A DNA stretch of 64,000 nucleotides from positions 738,023-802,022 of the forward strand of contig CAWCSV010000002.1 in NCBI GenBank assembly GCA_963798295.1, in the 5' to 3' direction. Origin of the DNA: Bryobacterales bacterium (lineage in GTDB: Bacteria > Acidobacteriota > Terriglobia > Bryobacterales > Bryobacteraceae). The position numbers and the translations under genes are program-made. Below, in pieces: positions 48,415 to 57,331 of this stretch (position 1 is the stretch's first letter; each line of letters begins with the position of its first letter). The notes below the pieces were generated by a model. The model did not search any database, was not told the DNA's origin, and saw only the letters and a list, made by a program, of their open reading frames with translations.

Positions 48415-49503
48415 ATGCGAATCGTACAGCTAGTAGAAACGCTGGAGACCGGGGGACTGGAACGAATGGCCGTCGATCTTGCGCTGGCGCAGATGAGGAC
48501 TGGCCACAGCCCGATGCTTTACTGCATGTTCGGGGGCGGCCCGCTTGCCGACGACGCTCGCCGGGCGGGCATTCCGGTGACGGAATTTCACAAAGAGCCG
48601 CGCTTTTCGCTGAGGGCGCTGATCAAGCTGGCCCGGCAACTGCGGCGCGATGCGCCGGACGTTGTGCACACGCACAATCCGGGGGTGCATCCCTATGGCG
48701 CGATAGCGGCGTGGATGGCTCGAGTTCCGGCTGTAGTGAACACGCGCCATGGACCGGCAACATCGTCCGGCCGCGCCTACCAGGAACGTTATTTTCGCGC
48801 GGCGATGCCGTTGACGGATCGCGTGGTGTTCGTGTGTGAGGATTCCCGGCGTTATTTGCTTGAGAAAGGCGGGCTGTCCGGCCGTAAGTCAGCGGTAATC
48901 ATAAACGGAATCGAGCCGGGAGCCTTTTTGGAAAAACCGGCAGCCCCGATGAGCGCTTCGCCGCGGGTCCGCTTTGGGACAGTGGGCCGCATGGTGCCCG
49001 CCAAGGCGCACTCGATTCTGATCGACGCGTTTGCTCAGCTCAGCGGGAAGCTCCCCGATGCCGAACTGCGCATCGTGGGTGGCGGGCCGCTCGAAGACGA
49101 ATTGAAGGAACAGGCGCGAAAGGCGGGCCTGGACGGTCGCATCCGTGTGGAAGGTCTCAATCATCGCATCGCCGGCGTACTGCAGGAACTCGACATCTTT
49201 GTGATGTCCTCCACCAGCGAGGGCCTGCCGCTGGTTATTCTGGAGGCCATGGCAGCCGGGCTTCCCGTAGTTTCAACCCGTGTCGGAGGAGTGGCCGAGG
49301 TTGCGCCGGAGGGGGATGTTTCCGTGCTGTGCGCGCCGGGAAACGTGTGCGACTTGGCCGAGGCGATGTACAAGGCGGCCACCAGTTGCGATCTGGCCTG
49401 CATGGGAAAAAACGCGCGCGAAATAGCGATCGCAAAGTTCAGCCTGGATCATATGTGGCGCAGCTACCAAGCGGTCTACGCTGAAGCGCTCGGCCGGAAT
49501 TAG
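48415..49503 (+). CDS. glycosyltransferase family 4
   Basis: In-frame ATG inside track ORF 48190..49503. MRIVQLVETLETGGLERM..., FVMSSTSEGLPLVILEAMAAGLPVVSTRVGGVAEV. Confidence 0.85.
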   Translation: MRIVQLVETLETGGLERMAVDLALAQMRTGHSPMLYCMFGGGPLADDARRAGIPVTEFHKEPRFSLRALIKLARQLRRDAPDVVHTHNPGVHPYGAIAAWMARVPAVVNTRHGPATSSGRAYQERYFRAAMPLTDRVVFVCEDSRRYLLEKGGLSGRKSAVIINGIEPGAFLEKPAAPMSASPRVRFGTVGRMVPAKAHSILIDAFAQLSGKLPDAELRIVGGGPLEDELKEQARKAGLDGRIRVEGLNHRIAGVLQELDIFVMSSTSEGLPLVILEAMAAGLPVVSTRVGGVAEVAPEGDVSVLCAPGNVCDLAEAMYKAATSCDLACMGKNAREIAIAKFSLDHMWRSYQAVYAEALGRN

Positions 49504-49505
49504 CC

Positions 49506-50693
49506 TTGCCGCGACTCGCCGTCGTCAGCTCCTACTTCCCCATCCGCGCCCAGCCACAGCGCGGCCACTCAGCGTACCAGACCCTTCGCCGGATGACCTC
49601 ACGGATGGATATCCAGGTTTTTTGTCCGTTCGCAACCTACCCCTCCTTCTGGCGACCACGCAACTTCTCTTACATACGGGCTGACCCGAGTTATTCCCCA
49701 TCGGACGTGCCTGCCCAATACATGGAGTATCCGGCGCTCCCGTTGATCAGCCGGCCCCTGAACGGGCCAGTGTGCGCCCACTATGTGCTGCCACACCTGG
49801 AGCGGTTCAAGCCCGACCTGATTTTGAGCTATTACGTGTACCCGGAAGGCTACGCCGCGCTCTCCGCCGGCAAGCGATTGGGCGTTCCGGTTATTCTGGG
49901 CGCCATCGGTTCCGACATCAACCGTATCCCGGACAGGATTAGCGCATTCCTGACGCGAAAAGCTCTGCGTGAGGCCTCCTTCGTTCTCACTGTGAGTGAA
50001 CACCTGCGCGATCGGGCGATCAGTCTGGGCGCGTCCACGGAACGAACGAGAGCCGTCCGGAATGGCTGCGACACCTCGGTGTTTCGGCTGGCCGATCGCA
50101 CTGCGGCGCGCGCCGGGCTGGGGCTGGACGCGGAATCGGAAGTGGTCGTTTTTGTCGGTTGGATCGCTGCCACCAAAGGTTTGAGGGAATTGCTTGAGGC
50201 GGTGATGCGCCTCCGCGTTTCCCGTCCCAGCTTGCGCCTGTTCTGCATCGGCGAGGGACCGCTTCAGGCCGAACTCGAAGCTCGCGCGATCGGCGCGGGT
50301 CTTGCGGATCGCATTCGCTTTCTGGGATCGCGCGGTTCGCTGGAAGTGTCTACCTGGCTGGCCGCCGCCAATGTCTTCTGTCTTCCCAGCTATGCCGAGG
50401 GCTGCCCAAATTCGGTGATCGAAGCGCTGGCGTGCGGCCGGCCCGTGGTGGCGACGAACGTCGGCGGCATACCGGAGCTGGTGAATTCTGAATCCGCAAT
50501 TCTTGTTGCGCCCCAGGATTCCGAAGCCCTTGCCGGGGCTCTCGGCAAGGCATTGTCGCGACGATGGTACGAAACGGAGATTTCTCAGCAGGCTCAGCGC
50601 AGTTGGGACCAGGTTGCCGAAGAGACCTGCGAAATCTGCATGGAGTGCCTCGGACACCACGACCAGGTGTCCAGCGGCCGCCGTTCGCGTTGA
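49506..50693 (+). CDS. glycosyltransferase family 4 (paralog of 30689..31879)
   Basis: YPEGYAAL, VFVGWIAATKG, CLPSYAEGCPNSVIEALACGRPVVATNVGGIPELV. TTG start. Confidence 0.85.
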   Translation: MPRLAVVSSYFPIRAQPQRGHSAYQTLRRMTSRMDIQVFCPFATYPSFWRPRNFSYIRADPSYSPSDVPAQYMEYPALPLISRPLNGPVCAHYVLPHLERFKPDLILSYYVYPEGYAALSAGKRLGVPVILGAIGSDINRIPDRISAFLTRKALREASFVLTVSEHLRDRAISLGASTERTRAVRNGCDTSVFRLADRTAARAGLGLDAESEVVVFVGWIAATKGLRELLEAVMRLRVSRPSLRLFCIGEGPLQAELEARAIGAGLADRIRFLGSRGSLEVSTWLAAANVFCLPSYAEGCPNSVIEALACGRPVVATNVGGIPELVNSESAILVAPQDSEALAGALGKALSRRWYETEISQQAQRSWDQVAEETCEICMECLGHHDQVSSGRRSR

Positions 50694-50719
50694 TTCGCGC
50701 ACTCAGGAAGTTCGGTAAG

Positions 50720-52327
50720 TTGAAAGTGGTGAATAGGACAGAAAAAGCGGTGCCCCGCCTGGACGGAAACAGGGCGCTCCTTCTACCGCTTGCGTTCACG
50801 TTCGGTCTAGCGGGCCTTGCATCGCTTCCACCGGTGCGCCACAACCCGAGATTGCTGATAACGTTTCTGGGCACTGCGGCTGCGCTGTGCGCCTGGAACG
50901 CGATCCTGTTGGTCTGGGCCCGGCGTAGCGGGCGCATGTTCACAATCGATGTGGTGCTGCGGAAGCAACACTACGTGCAAGCCTGCGCGCAGGGTGCGGT
51001 GCTGTTGTATTGGGGATGGTATTGGCCTCAGGTTTACGCCTCGGCGTACTTGATCCTTGCCCAGCTCGTTTTCGCGTACGCGTTCGACATGCTGCTCGGT
51101 TGGTCGCGGCGGAACACTTACACTCTCGGTTTCGCTCCCTTTCCCGTTATTTTTAGCATCAATCTCTTCCTGTGGTTCAAGCCAGACTGGTTCTATTTCC
51201 AGTTCGCGATGGTGTCGCTTGGGCTGGCCGCGAAAGAACTGATTCGTTGGAACGGGGAAGGCCGCAGGGTGCATGTCTTCAATCCCTCGTCCTTTCCACT
51301 GGCGGTCGTTTCGCTGGTCCTGATCGCCACACACGCAAGCGACCTCACTTGGGGGAAGAACATTGCCAGCACGCAGTTCTATCCGCCGCAGATGTACCTG
51401 ATGCTTTTTCTCATCAGCCTGCCCGGCCAATTCTTTTTCGGCGTGACTTCGATGACGATGTCGGCGGTGGTGTCGACGTACTTGTTTTCTCGCATCTACT
51501 TCGCTATGACGGGCGTCTATTTCTTCTACGATTCGTATATTCCGATTTCCGTCTTCCTGGGAATGCATCTGCTGTTTAACGATCCGTCCACTTCACCGCG
51601 CACGGAGCTGGGACGCATCATCTATGGCGCGCTGTACGGATTGAGCACCGTCGCATTGTACCGGCTGCTGGGCAGCGCGGGAATGCCGACCTTCTATGAC
51701 AAGCTTCTGCAGGTGCCACTGTTGAACCTGTCGGTGAAGGCGATCGATAGCGCGGCGCGGTCGCGATGGCTGCGTGTCTTCGATCCCGCGGCGCTTGGCC
51801 GGTCGCTGGCGCCTTATCGTCGCAACCTGGCGTATATGTCCATTTGGGCGGTTGTGTTTGCGGCGATGAGCGCTACAGGAGCAGTGGGCGACAGCCATCC
51901 CGGCCAGTGGCTGCCGTTTTGGAGACAGGCCTGCAAGGATGGCCGTCCTTACGCGTGTCCCTACCTGGCCGATTTGAGTTTGGGTTATTGCAATCAGGGA
52001 TCAGGCTGGGCCTGCAACGAAGCCGGCCTACTTGATATCGCCCTCTCCCGGTCTGGCGAAGATCTTCGCAGGCTGGATCCGGCCGGCGCCGTGGAACCGC
52101 TCAACCGCGGCTGCCGGCTGGGATTTGCGGCGGCTTGCCAGAACTTCTACACATTAACCAGCGGAGGGGGCCGGTTCACGAGCGCGCCGCCGCCTCTCCG
52201 TGACTACCCGATTATCCTGAGAGGAAGCAAAGGCGAGATCCGCGCAAAGACGCCGTCCGCATTGTACGCGCTGGCCTGCCGTGAGGGCTGGCCGAACACG
52301 TGCCAGTTTACTGCTGGCGGCGAATAG
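50720..52327 (+). CDS. polytopic membrane protein with a C-terminal domain carrying four Cys-x7-Cys motifs
   Basis: Start placed at TTG 50720 (AGGAAG 9 nt upstream, after the previous stop). At least 9 hydrophobic segments. C-terminal CKDGRPYAC, CNQGSGWAC, CRLGFAAAC, CREGWPNTC. Confidence 0.6.
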   Translation: MKVVNRTEKAVPRLDGNRALLLPLAFTFGLAGLASLPPVRHNPRLLITFLGTAAALCAWNAILLVWARRSGRMFTIDVVLRKQHYVQACAQGAVLLYWGWYWPQVYASAYLILAQLVFAYAFDMLLGWSRRNTYTLGFAPFPVIFSINLFLWFKPDWFYFQFAMVSLGLAAKELIRWNGEGRRVHVFNPSSFPLAVVSLVLIATHASDLTWGKNIASTQFYPPQMYLMLFLISLPGQFFFGVTSMTMSAVVSTYLFSRIYFAMTGVYFFYDSYIPISVFLGMHLLFNDPSTSPRTELGRIIYGALYGLSTVALYRLLGSAGMPTFYDKLLQVPLLNLSVKAIDSAARSRWLRVFDPAALGRSLAPYRRNLAYMSIWAVVFAAMSATGAVGDSHPGQWLPFWRQACKDGRPYACPYLADLSLGYCNQGSGWACNEAGLLDIALSRSGEDLRRLDPAGAVEPLNRGCRLGFAAACQNFYTLTSGGGRFTSAPPPLRDYPIILRGSKGEIRAKTPSALYALACREGWPNTCQFTAGGE

Positions 52328-54689
52328 CCTCCCGCAACGAGTCCACCCGCCCTTCGGTGCTGACAAAAATATCCTCCGGAAAGCGCCTGAAGGCTAGAAG
52401 GCCGGCGTAGATGGCGGCAGCGTCGTCAAGGTTCAGCCCGAGCCCTGCCAGGTACTGCATGCGCAGGTTCCGGTCGCGATTCAGCGGAGCGTTTCTCAGC
52501 CACGCACTGAGATCGGATCTCCGGCCTGCATAGGTCGCAAACAAATCCACCGGCGAGTTCATACCGATCTCGGCGAGCGACTGGGCTATCTTGCTGGCAC
52601 CGCCGCGATATCCGATGCGTTGCTCCATCTCGTCCAGATCGATGCGCAGCGGTCCCACTTGCCCCAGCAGCACCATGTCGTGACCTTGGCCCTGGTAGGG
52701 GTTGCCCCAGATAGTGCCGTTGGGAAACACGTCGAAGAATGTGGCGACCGAGCTCTTGACCGCCTCCAGGTCGGTCTCGAATAACTGGATGTACATGGTG
52801 ACAACGCCGCCTGGGTTGAGGTGCTGCTTCATCACTTCGAGGAATTCTTTCGTGTACAGGTTGGCAGCGCCCTTCACCCAAGGGTCCAGCGGATCGACTG
52901 TGATTCCGTCGAAGCGTTCCTTGGTTGTCGTTAGGTAGTGGCGGCCATCGTCAATCCGTAGCTGGACTTTGGGGTTGCGGAGGACATTGAAATTCGGTTC
53001 GCTAAAGTAGGCGGAAGCGGCTTTGGGCACCAGCGGCTCGATCTCCGCTATGGTCTCGCGTTCCACTCTTGGATCGATGGCCACCGCGCCGGCCGTGATG
53101 CCCGCGCCGCAGCCAATCACAAGCACCGAGCGAGGGTTTTTCGTCGTCAGTGTGGTGAGGTGCCCCAGCATTCGCTGGAGACGCATGTCGCGCGGCACGT
53201 TGGAGGCTTGGATCTTGCCGGCGACGTGAAAGGTGAGAATGCCGTTTGGAAAACTCGCGACGGCCACAGACGAGTTTATGCCTTCAGCGGCGTAAACAAT
53301 ATCGCCTTTGCCCACCCAGGTGGCAGCGTAGCGGCCGTACGCAATGAGCACCTTCGCGATGGGTGGGACGGTGAGGAACAGGAGGCCGGCAAGCAGCACG
53401 GCTATTCCGACCCAGCCCAAGGCTGACCAGTGAGGCTTGGCAGGCAGGAGAAGGATCAGACCGGAAAGGATCGATAACCCGACGAGCACTTGTTCGGTGC
53501 GCTCCGATCCCAGCCACACGACCAGGAGCAGGCTCGCGCCGAGAGCTCCGACGATGGCCCCGAAGGTGTTGGCAGCGTAGACCCTGGCCATCAGCCTGCC
53601 AGCATCCTGACCTGGGGATGCAGCTGCCGCAAGCGCCAGGGGGAAGCTGGCGCCCCAGAGGATCGTCGGCGGCAATAGCGCCCAGAACGCGCGCGCGAGA
53701 TCCAGCTCGAAGTTGAACCAGATGTTCGAGGAGATCAATGGGTTGATCGGCCAGTAGGGGAGCGCCGCGCCTAAATTGTACGCGGTCCAGGCGATGGCGC
53801 ACGCAGCCAGCCATTGGCACCAGCCCAAGGCCCTGCGTGGAGACGCGAGAGTTCGACAGAGCAATGCCCCGATAGCGCTTCCGATCCCGAGGCCGGCGAG
53901 AAAGACGGCGACGATGATGGAAAGCGCGTAAACGGAAGCGCCGAAGAGCAGCCCCAGCAGGCGCGTCCAGGTGGCTTCCGCGGCGAGTGCGCACAGTCCC
54001 GAAAGCGAAATGGCGATGTAGATGGCCGCCGCGCTCTTCGCAGAAACCGCGGCAGGTGCTTGTTCTATGCGGTCATCTGGACCTTTCTCGTGCGGAATTA
54101 CCGCGGTGAGCACGAGTGCCAGCACTGCCATCGCCAGGTTGATTGCCATGGCGACGTACGTCGCTGCGTACACGTCATAGTGGCGCAGTAGGTAGAATCC
54201 AGCGAGCAAGCATCCCAAGACCGCTCCAGCGATATTCGCGCCGTAGATGAAACCCAGCCACGAGACGCGGTTCTCCGTCTTATTGATCAGGCGTGATAGC
54301 GCAGGGAGCGTCGCGCCCATCAACAACGTGGGGGGCAGCAGGCACGCAGCCGCGACAATTCCCCGGAGTAGGAATCCCTTCAGGCCATAACCAGCCCAGG
54401 CTGTATAAAGACCACCCGCCAACGGCACCAGGTGCAACACCAGGATTCCGAGAACGCCAACACCGGCCTCGATCAAGGCGTACACACGCAGGGGATGGTG
54501 TTGGGCGGAGACGAGACGGGGCAGTAGCAAGCTGCCGAGACACATGCCCCCCATGAACGTGGCGAGGAGCATTCCGAGCGAGACTGCTGTCGAGCCGATC
54601 ACCAGTTCCAAGAGCTGGAACCAGATCACCTCGTAGATAAGCGCTGCGACGCCGCTGCCGAACGCAAGCAGGATTCCGAGTGGGAGCAC
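52308..54689 (-). CDS. fused MFS-like membrane domain / spermidine-synthase-like (aminopropyltransferase fold) protein
   Basis: 793 aa. N-terminal about 480 aa are polytopic. C-terminal VLVIGCGAGITAGAV...IAEIEP...IDDGRHYL...FDGITVDPLDPW...GGVVTMYIQ. The 3' end overlaps the convergent gene by 20 nt. Confidence 0.85.
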   Translation of the reverse strand: MLPLGILLAFGSGVAALIYEVIWFQLLELVIGSTAVSLGMLLATFMGGMCLGSLLLPRLVSAQHHPLRVYALIEAGVGVLGILVLHLVPLAGGLYTAWAGYGLKGFLLRGIVAAACLLPPTLLMGATLPALSRLINKTENRVSWLGFIYGANIAGAVLGCLLAGFYLLRHYDVYAATYVAMAINLAMAVLALVLTAVIPHEKGPDDRIEQAPAAVSAKSAAAIYIAISLSGLCALAAEATWTRLLGLLFGASVYALSIIVAVFLAGLGIGSAIGALLCRTLASPRRALGWCQWLAACAIAWTAYNLGAALPYWPINPLISSNIWFNFELDLARAFWALLPPTILWGASFPLALAAAASPGQDAGRLMARVYAANTFGAIVGALGASLLLVVWLGSERTEQVLVGLSILSGLILLLPAKPHWSALGWVGIAVLLAGLLFLTVPPIAKVLIAYGRYAATWVGKGDIVYAAEGINSSVAVASFPNGILTFHVAGKIQASNVPRDMRLQRMLGHLTTLTTKNPRSVLVIGCGAGITAGAVAIDPRVERETIAEIEPLVPKAASAYFSEPNFNVLRNPKVQLRIDDGRHYLTTTKERFDGITVDPLDPWVKGAANLYTKEFLEVMKQHLNPGGVVTMYIQLFETDLEAVKSSVATFFDVFPNGTIWGNPYQGQGHDMVLLGQVGPLRIDLDEMEQRIGYRGGASKIAQSLAEIGMNSPVDLFATYAGRRSDLSAWLRNAPLNRDRNLRMQYLAGLGLNLDDAAAIYAGLLAFRRFPEDIFVSTEGRVDSLREAIRRQQ

Positions 54690-54710
54690 AATCCCGTAAT
54701 CCGATTGGCC

Positions 54711-55754
54711 TTACTTCTTCTTCTGTTCTTGCTCTTCTTTGCGATTCCCGTAAAGGATGCCGACGATTCCCTCGTTTCCTTCATGACACGCCGAATCGAA
54801 GATCATGTGACGCCCATCGGGAGCCCTTCCCATGTTGATGGTCACAGTCCAAGGCTTGGTCCAGGTCTTGGGGTCGATAAAGGTGATGTCGCGGCGCAAC
54901 GTGTGCGCATCCACGCGCGTGAAGTGCTCAATCATCTTGTACGTGTCGGGGTTTGAGCCGCGAAAGCCGTCCAAGAAGTTCGTTGTTTCGACTACCAGCG
55001 CGTTTCCTTCCCAGTGGCCGCGTGAGTCTCCGAGGTAGAACTTCGCTCTGGCGGGAGCATGGGGACGGCCGTCCATGAAAATGACGCGGTTGCCGCCGCC
55101 GGCGTGATCGTCTTCCATGTAGATGCCCATGGATTTGGGAGATTGTACGACTTGCATCACCGTGCCCTGCGCAAACAAAGTGTTCAGCGGGAGGAACGGC
55201 ATCGGCACGCCGAGGCAGCGTGGCGATTGCGGGATAGTCTCTGGGTTGTCGTTCACGCCCGGATCTGTTCCCAGACCGAGCCGGAATCCTTGGCCGAATT
55301 TGGCTGCCGGAGATCCGGGAACGATAGGAGGAATTTTCCCGTCCGGGGGATCGATGATCATTGAGGTGCGCCGGCCGGTTCTCAGAACCGAGTTAAATAC
55401 AGCGTTGTATGCGCCGCTGACGTCCTGTTGGGCGTTGGAGGAACGGGCGTTTCGTCCTGGATTCAGTCCCTTCTTCTCGTCTGCTGCTTCGACTTCCGCA
55501 TCCGTCAGGAATTCCTTGCCCACGTTCGCTGCCGAGCGCTCCAGGGGCACGTCGTACAGCACGAACCAGGTGCCTTGCAGGTCAGGGTCGCCCCACGGCA
55601 ATCGGGGCGGATTGCCTGCTTTCGCCGCTGGCGCTTTCGCACCTGTCGATTTGGCTGGCGAGGCAGGGGTCTGGCCGCGCACGGAAACCACCGCCAACGC
55701 CAGCAGCGCTACGCACGCCAGCGCGACAGCAGCGATTGCATTGCGATCACTCAT
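54711..55754 (-). CDS. secreted conserved hypothetical protein (paralog of 56272..57252 and of the C-terminal part of 17063..18085)
   Basis: Signal peptide. PRCLGVPMPF, GHWEGNALVVETTNF, YKMIEHFTRVDAHTLRRDITFIDPKTWTKPWT. The ATG overlaps the upstream stop (ATGA). Confidence 0.65.
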   Translation of the reverse strand: MSDRNAIAAVALACVALLALAVVSVRGQTPASPAKSTGAKAPAAKAGNPPRLPWGDPDLQGTWFVLYDVPLERSAANVGKEFLTDAEVEAADEKKGLNPGRNARSSNAQQDVSGAYNAVFNSVLRTGRRTSMIIDPPDGKIPPIVPGSPAAKFGQGFRLGLGTDPGVNDNPETIPQSPRCLGVPMPFLPLNTLFAQGTVMQVVQSPKSMGIYMEDDHAGGGNRVIFMDGRPHAPARAKFYLGDSRGHWEGNALVVETTNFLDGFRGSNPDTYKMIEHFTRVDAHTLRRDITFIDPKTWTKPWTVTINMGRAPDGRHMIFDSACHEGNEGIVGILYGNRKEEQEQKKK

Positions 55755-56239
55755 TGCTCTTTCTTCTCTTGCGAATCTTTCTCTTGCGAATCCTTGTCCT
55801 TCGTGTCAATTCCGGGACGTTGCACTTCATAGGGAGCGCCTGTACCGGAAGCCCCCAAGAACAGCTTCTGGCCGTTTGGCAAAGTTAGATCCCGGCCGTT
55901 TGCGCGGTTCAGCCCGTCTTTTGCCTGATAGCCGGAAATGTTGATCTTATCCCCGGCCTTGAGCGTATACCGGGTGATGCCTCTTCGCATAAGGATGTTC
56001 GGGCTCCCTGCCTCGATGGCCCAGTTCTCCACCGTCCCGTCCGGCATCTTCACATCGACGTGAATCCAGCAGTGGGGATTCATGAATTCCACTTTCGTTA
56101 CCGTGGCATTCTCGAAATGCACTGGCTTGTTGGCGTCGAATTCCGCGGCAAACGCGTGATGGGCACTCAGCGGGGGCGCGGATAACAACAGGGCGATGCC
56201 AACGGCGACAACGGCTGCGATAGTAAACTTGGCTTCCAT
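55751..56239 (-). CDS. small secreted protein (resembles the DUF6152 type); predicted mature N-terminus His-His
   Basis: Internal ATG at 56239. MEAKFTIAAVVAVGIALLLSAPPLSA|HHAFAAEFDANKPV...FMNPHCWIHVDV...LKAGDKINISGYQAKDG. Low-complexity KDKDSQEKDSQEKKEQ tail. Confidence 0.6.
   Translation of the reverse strand: MEAKFTIAAVVAVGIALLLSAPPLSAHHAFAAEFDANKPVHFENATVTKVEFMNPHCWIHVDVKMPDGTVENWAIEAGSPNILMRRGITRYTLKAGDKINISGYQAKDGLNRANGRDLTLPNGQKLFLGASGTGAPYEVQRPGIDTKDKDSQEKDSQEKKEQ
55766..55795. repeat. 15-bp tandem duplication inside the CDS 3' end
   Basis: ctcttgcgaatcttt followed by ctcttgcgaatcctt (1 mismatch). It encodes the repeated DSQEK. Confidence 0.6.
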
Positions 56240-56271
56240 AGGGCGGGTCTCCTGATTCTTCCCTTCCGATT

Positions 56272-57252
56272 CTACTGCTTGGCCGGCGGATTGCCGGAGA
56301 TGTAGCGTTCTAAAACCTCTTCTCCGGGCGGGATCTTGCGCGTAATGTCCACGTTCATGGTCTTGCCTTCCCAGTGCTTCACAAGCTGGTGCTTGCGGAG
56401 GTGGCCATACATGGTCTCTTCCACCATCTCCACGCACTTGAAATCCGTCAGCTGCGCATTCGGCTCCAGCCGGCGATAGAGCGGCATGCTGATCTTCCAG
56501 GCCCGCGTGAAAACCTGCGGGTCTTCGATCGTGGCTTCGTAATGGATGACGTCTTTTCCCGCTGGGGTGTAGCGTTCGACCACATGTAAGGCATCGCTAT
56601 GGAAGTCGCCAGCCCGGTCAAACCAAGTGGCGTCGGTGAAATCCGAGACATCCACCACCAGCGTATCTCCCTCCCAATGACCCACCGAGTAGCCCATCCA
56701 TAGCACGTTTGGATACGGCTCCATTTTCGTCAGATGAATGGTGCGCTGGGCATTCGCAAATTCGAAGACCATTTGGATTTTGGTGTTGCTCTGGATGATC
56801 TGGAAGGGATGCGGCATGTACATGCCGCGCGGGGTCCCTGGCTGGAAGCACTTCAGTTCCGGATCGCGATCGATCCAGTGCTCCTCATTCTCCTTCTTTC
56901 TGGCTGCCGCCCAAGGCTTATAAGGAATCTCCTCGCCCTCTACCACGCCCAGCCCTCCAGGAACCCATCCGAGCGAGCCCAGCGCGAGCACCGGAGCCGC
57001 GAGGACCTCGGAGCCGGGGAGCAGACCGGGTTGGGCGACCATGGGGCGCGCCTGGTGAGTCTGAAGGTCCCAGTTGGCAGTGTTATTGGCTTCCCAAATC
57101 CCGTTGAAGTCGGGTTTGCCGGCGACGCGGCCCGCGGAGTCCGCAACCGCGGCGGAGACTAGAGTCGCGCTGGGCGCGAACAGCCAGAACAGACCCGCTG
57201 TCACAGCGGCTGCCGACACCGCAATCGCGCAGCTCTTGCCAAAATATCGCAT
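56272..57252 (-). CDS. secreted conserved hypothetical protein (paralog of 54711..55754)
   Basis: Signal peptide. LKCFQPGTPRGMYMP, GHWEGDTLVVDVSDF, HSDALHVVERYTPAGKDVIHYEATIEDPQVFTRAWK. Confidence 0.65.
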   Translation of the reverse strand: MRYFGKSCAIAVSAAAVTAGLFWLFAPSATLVSAAVADSAGRVAGKPDFNGIWEANNTANWDLQTHQARPMVAQPGLLPGSEVLAAPVLALGSLGWVPGGLGVVEGEEIPYKPWAAARKKENEEHWIDRDPELKCFQPGTPRGMYMPHPFQIIQSNTKIQMVFEFANAQRTIHLTKMEPYPNVLWMGYSVGHWEGDTLVVDVSDFTDATWFDRAGDFHSDALHVVERYTPAGKDVIHYEATIEDPQVFTRAWKISMPLYRRLEPNAQLTDFKCVEMVEETMYGHLRKHQLVKHWEGKTMNVDITRKIPPGEEVLERYISGNPPAKQ

Positions 57253-57331
57253 AGGACTTTCCCTGGCACATAGTACTACACTTGGTTCCCGGGGGCGAGA
57301 GAGTGAACTGTGGTGACCGAAAACCTAAAGG

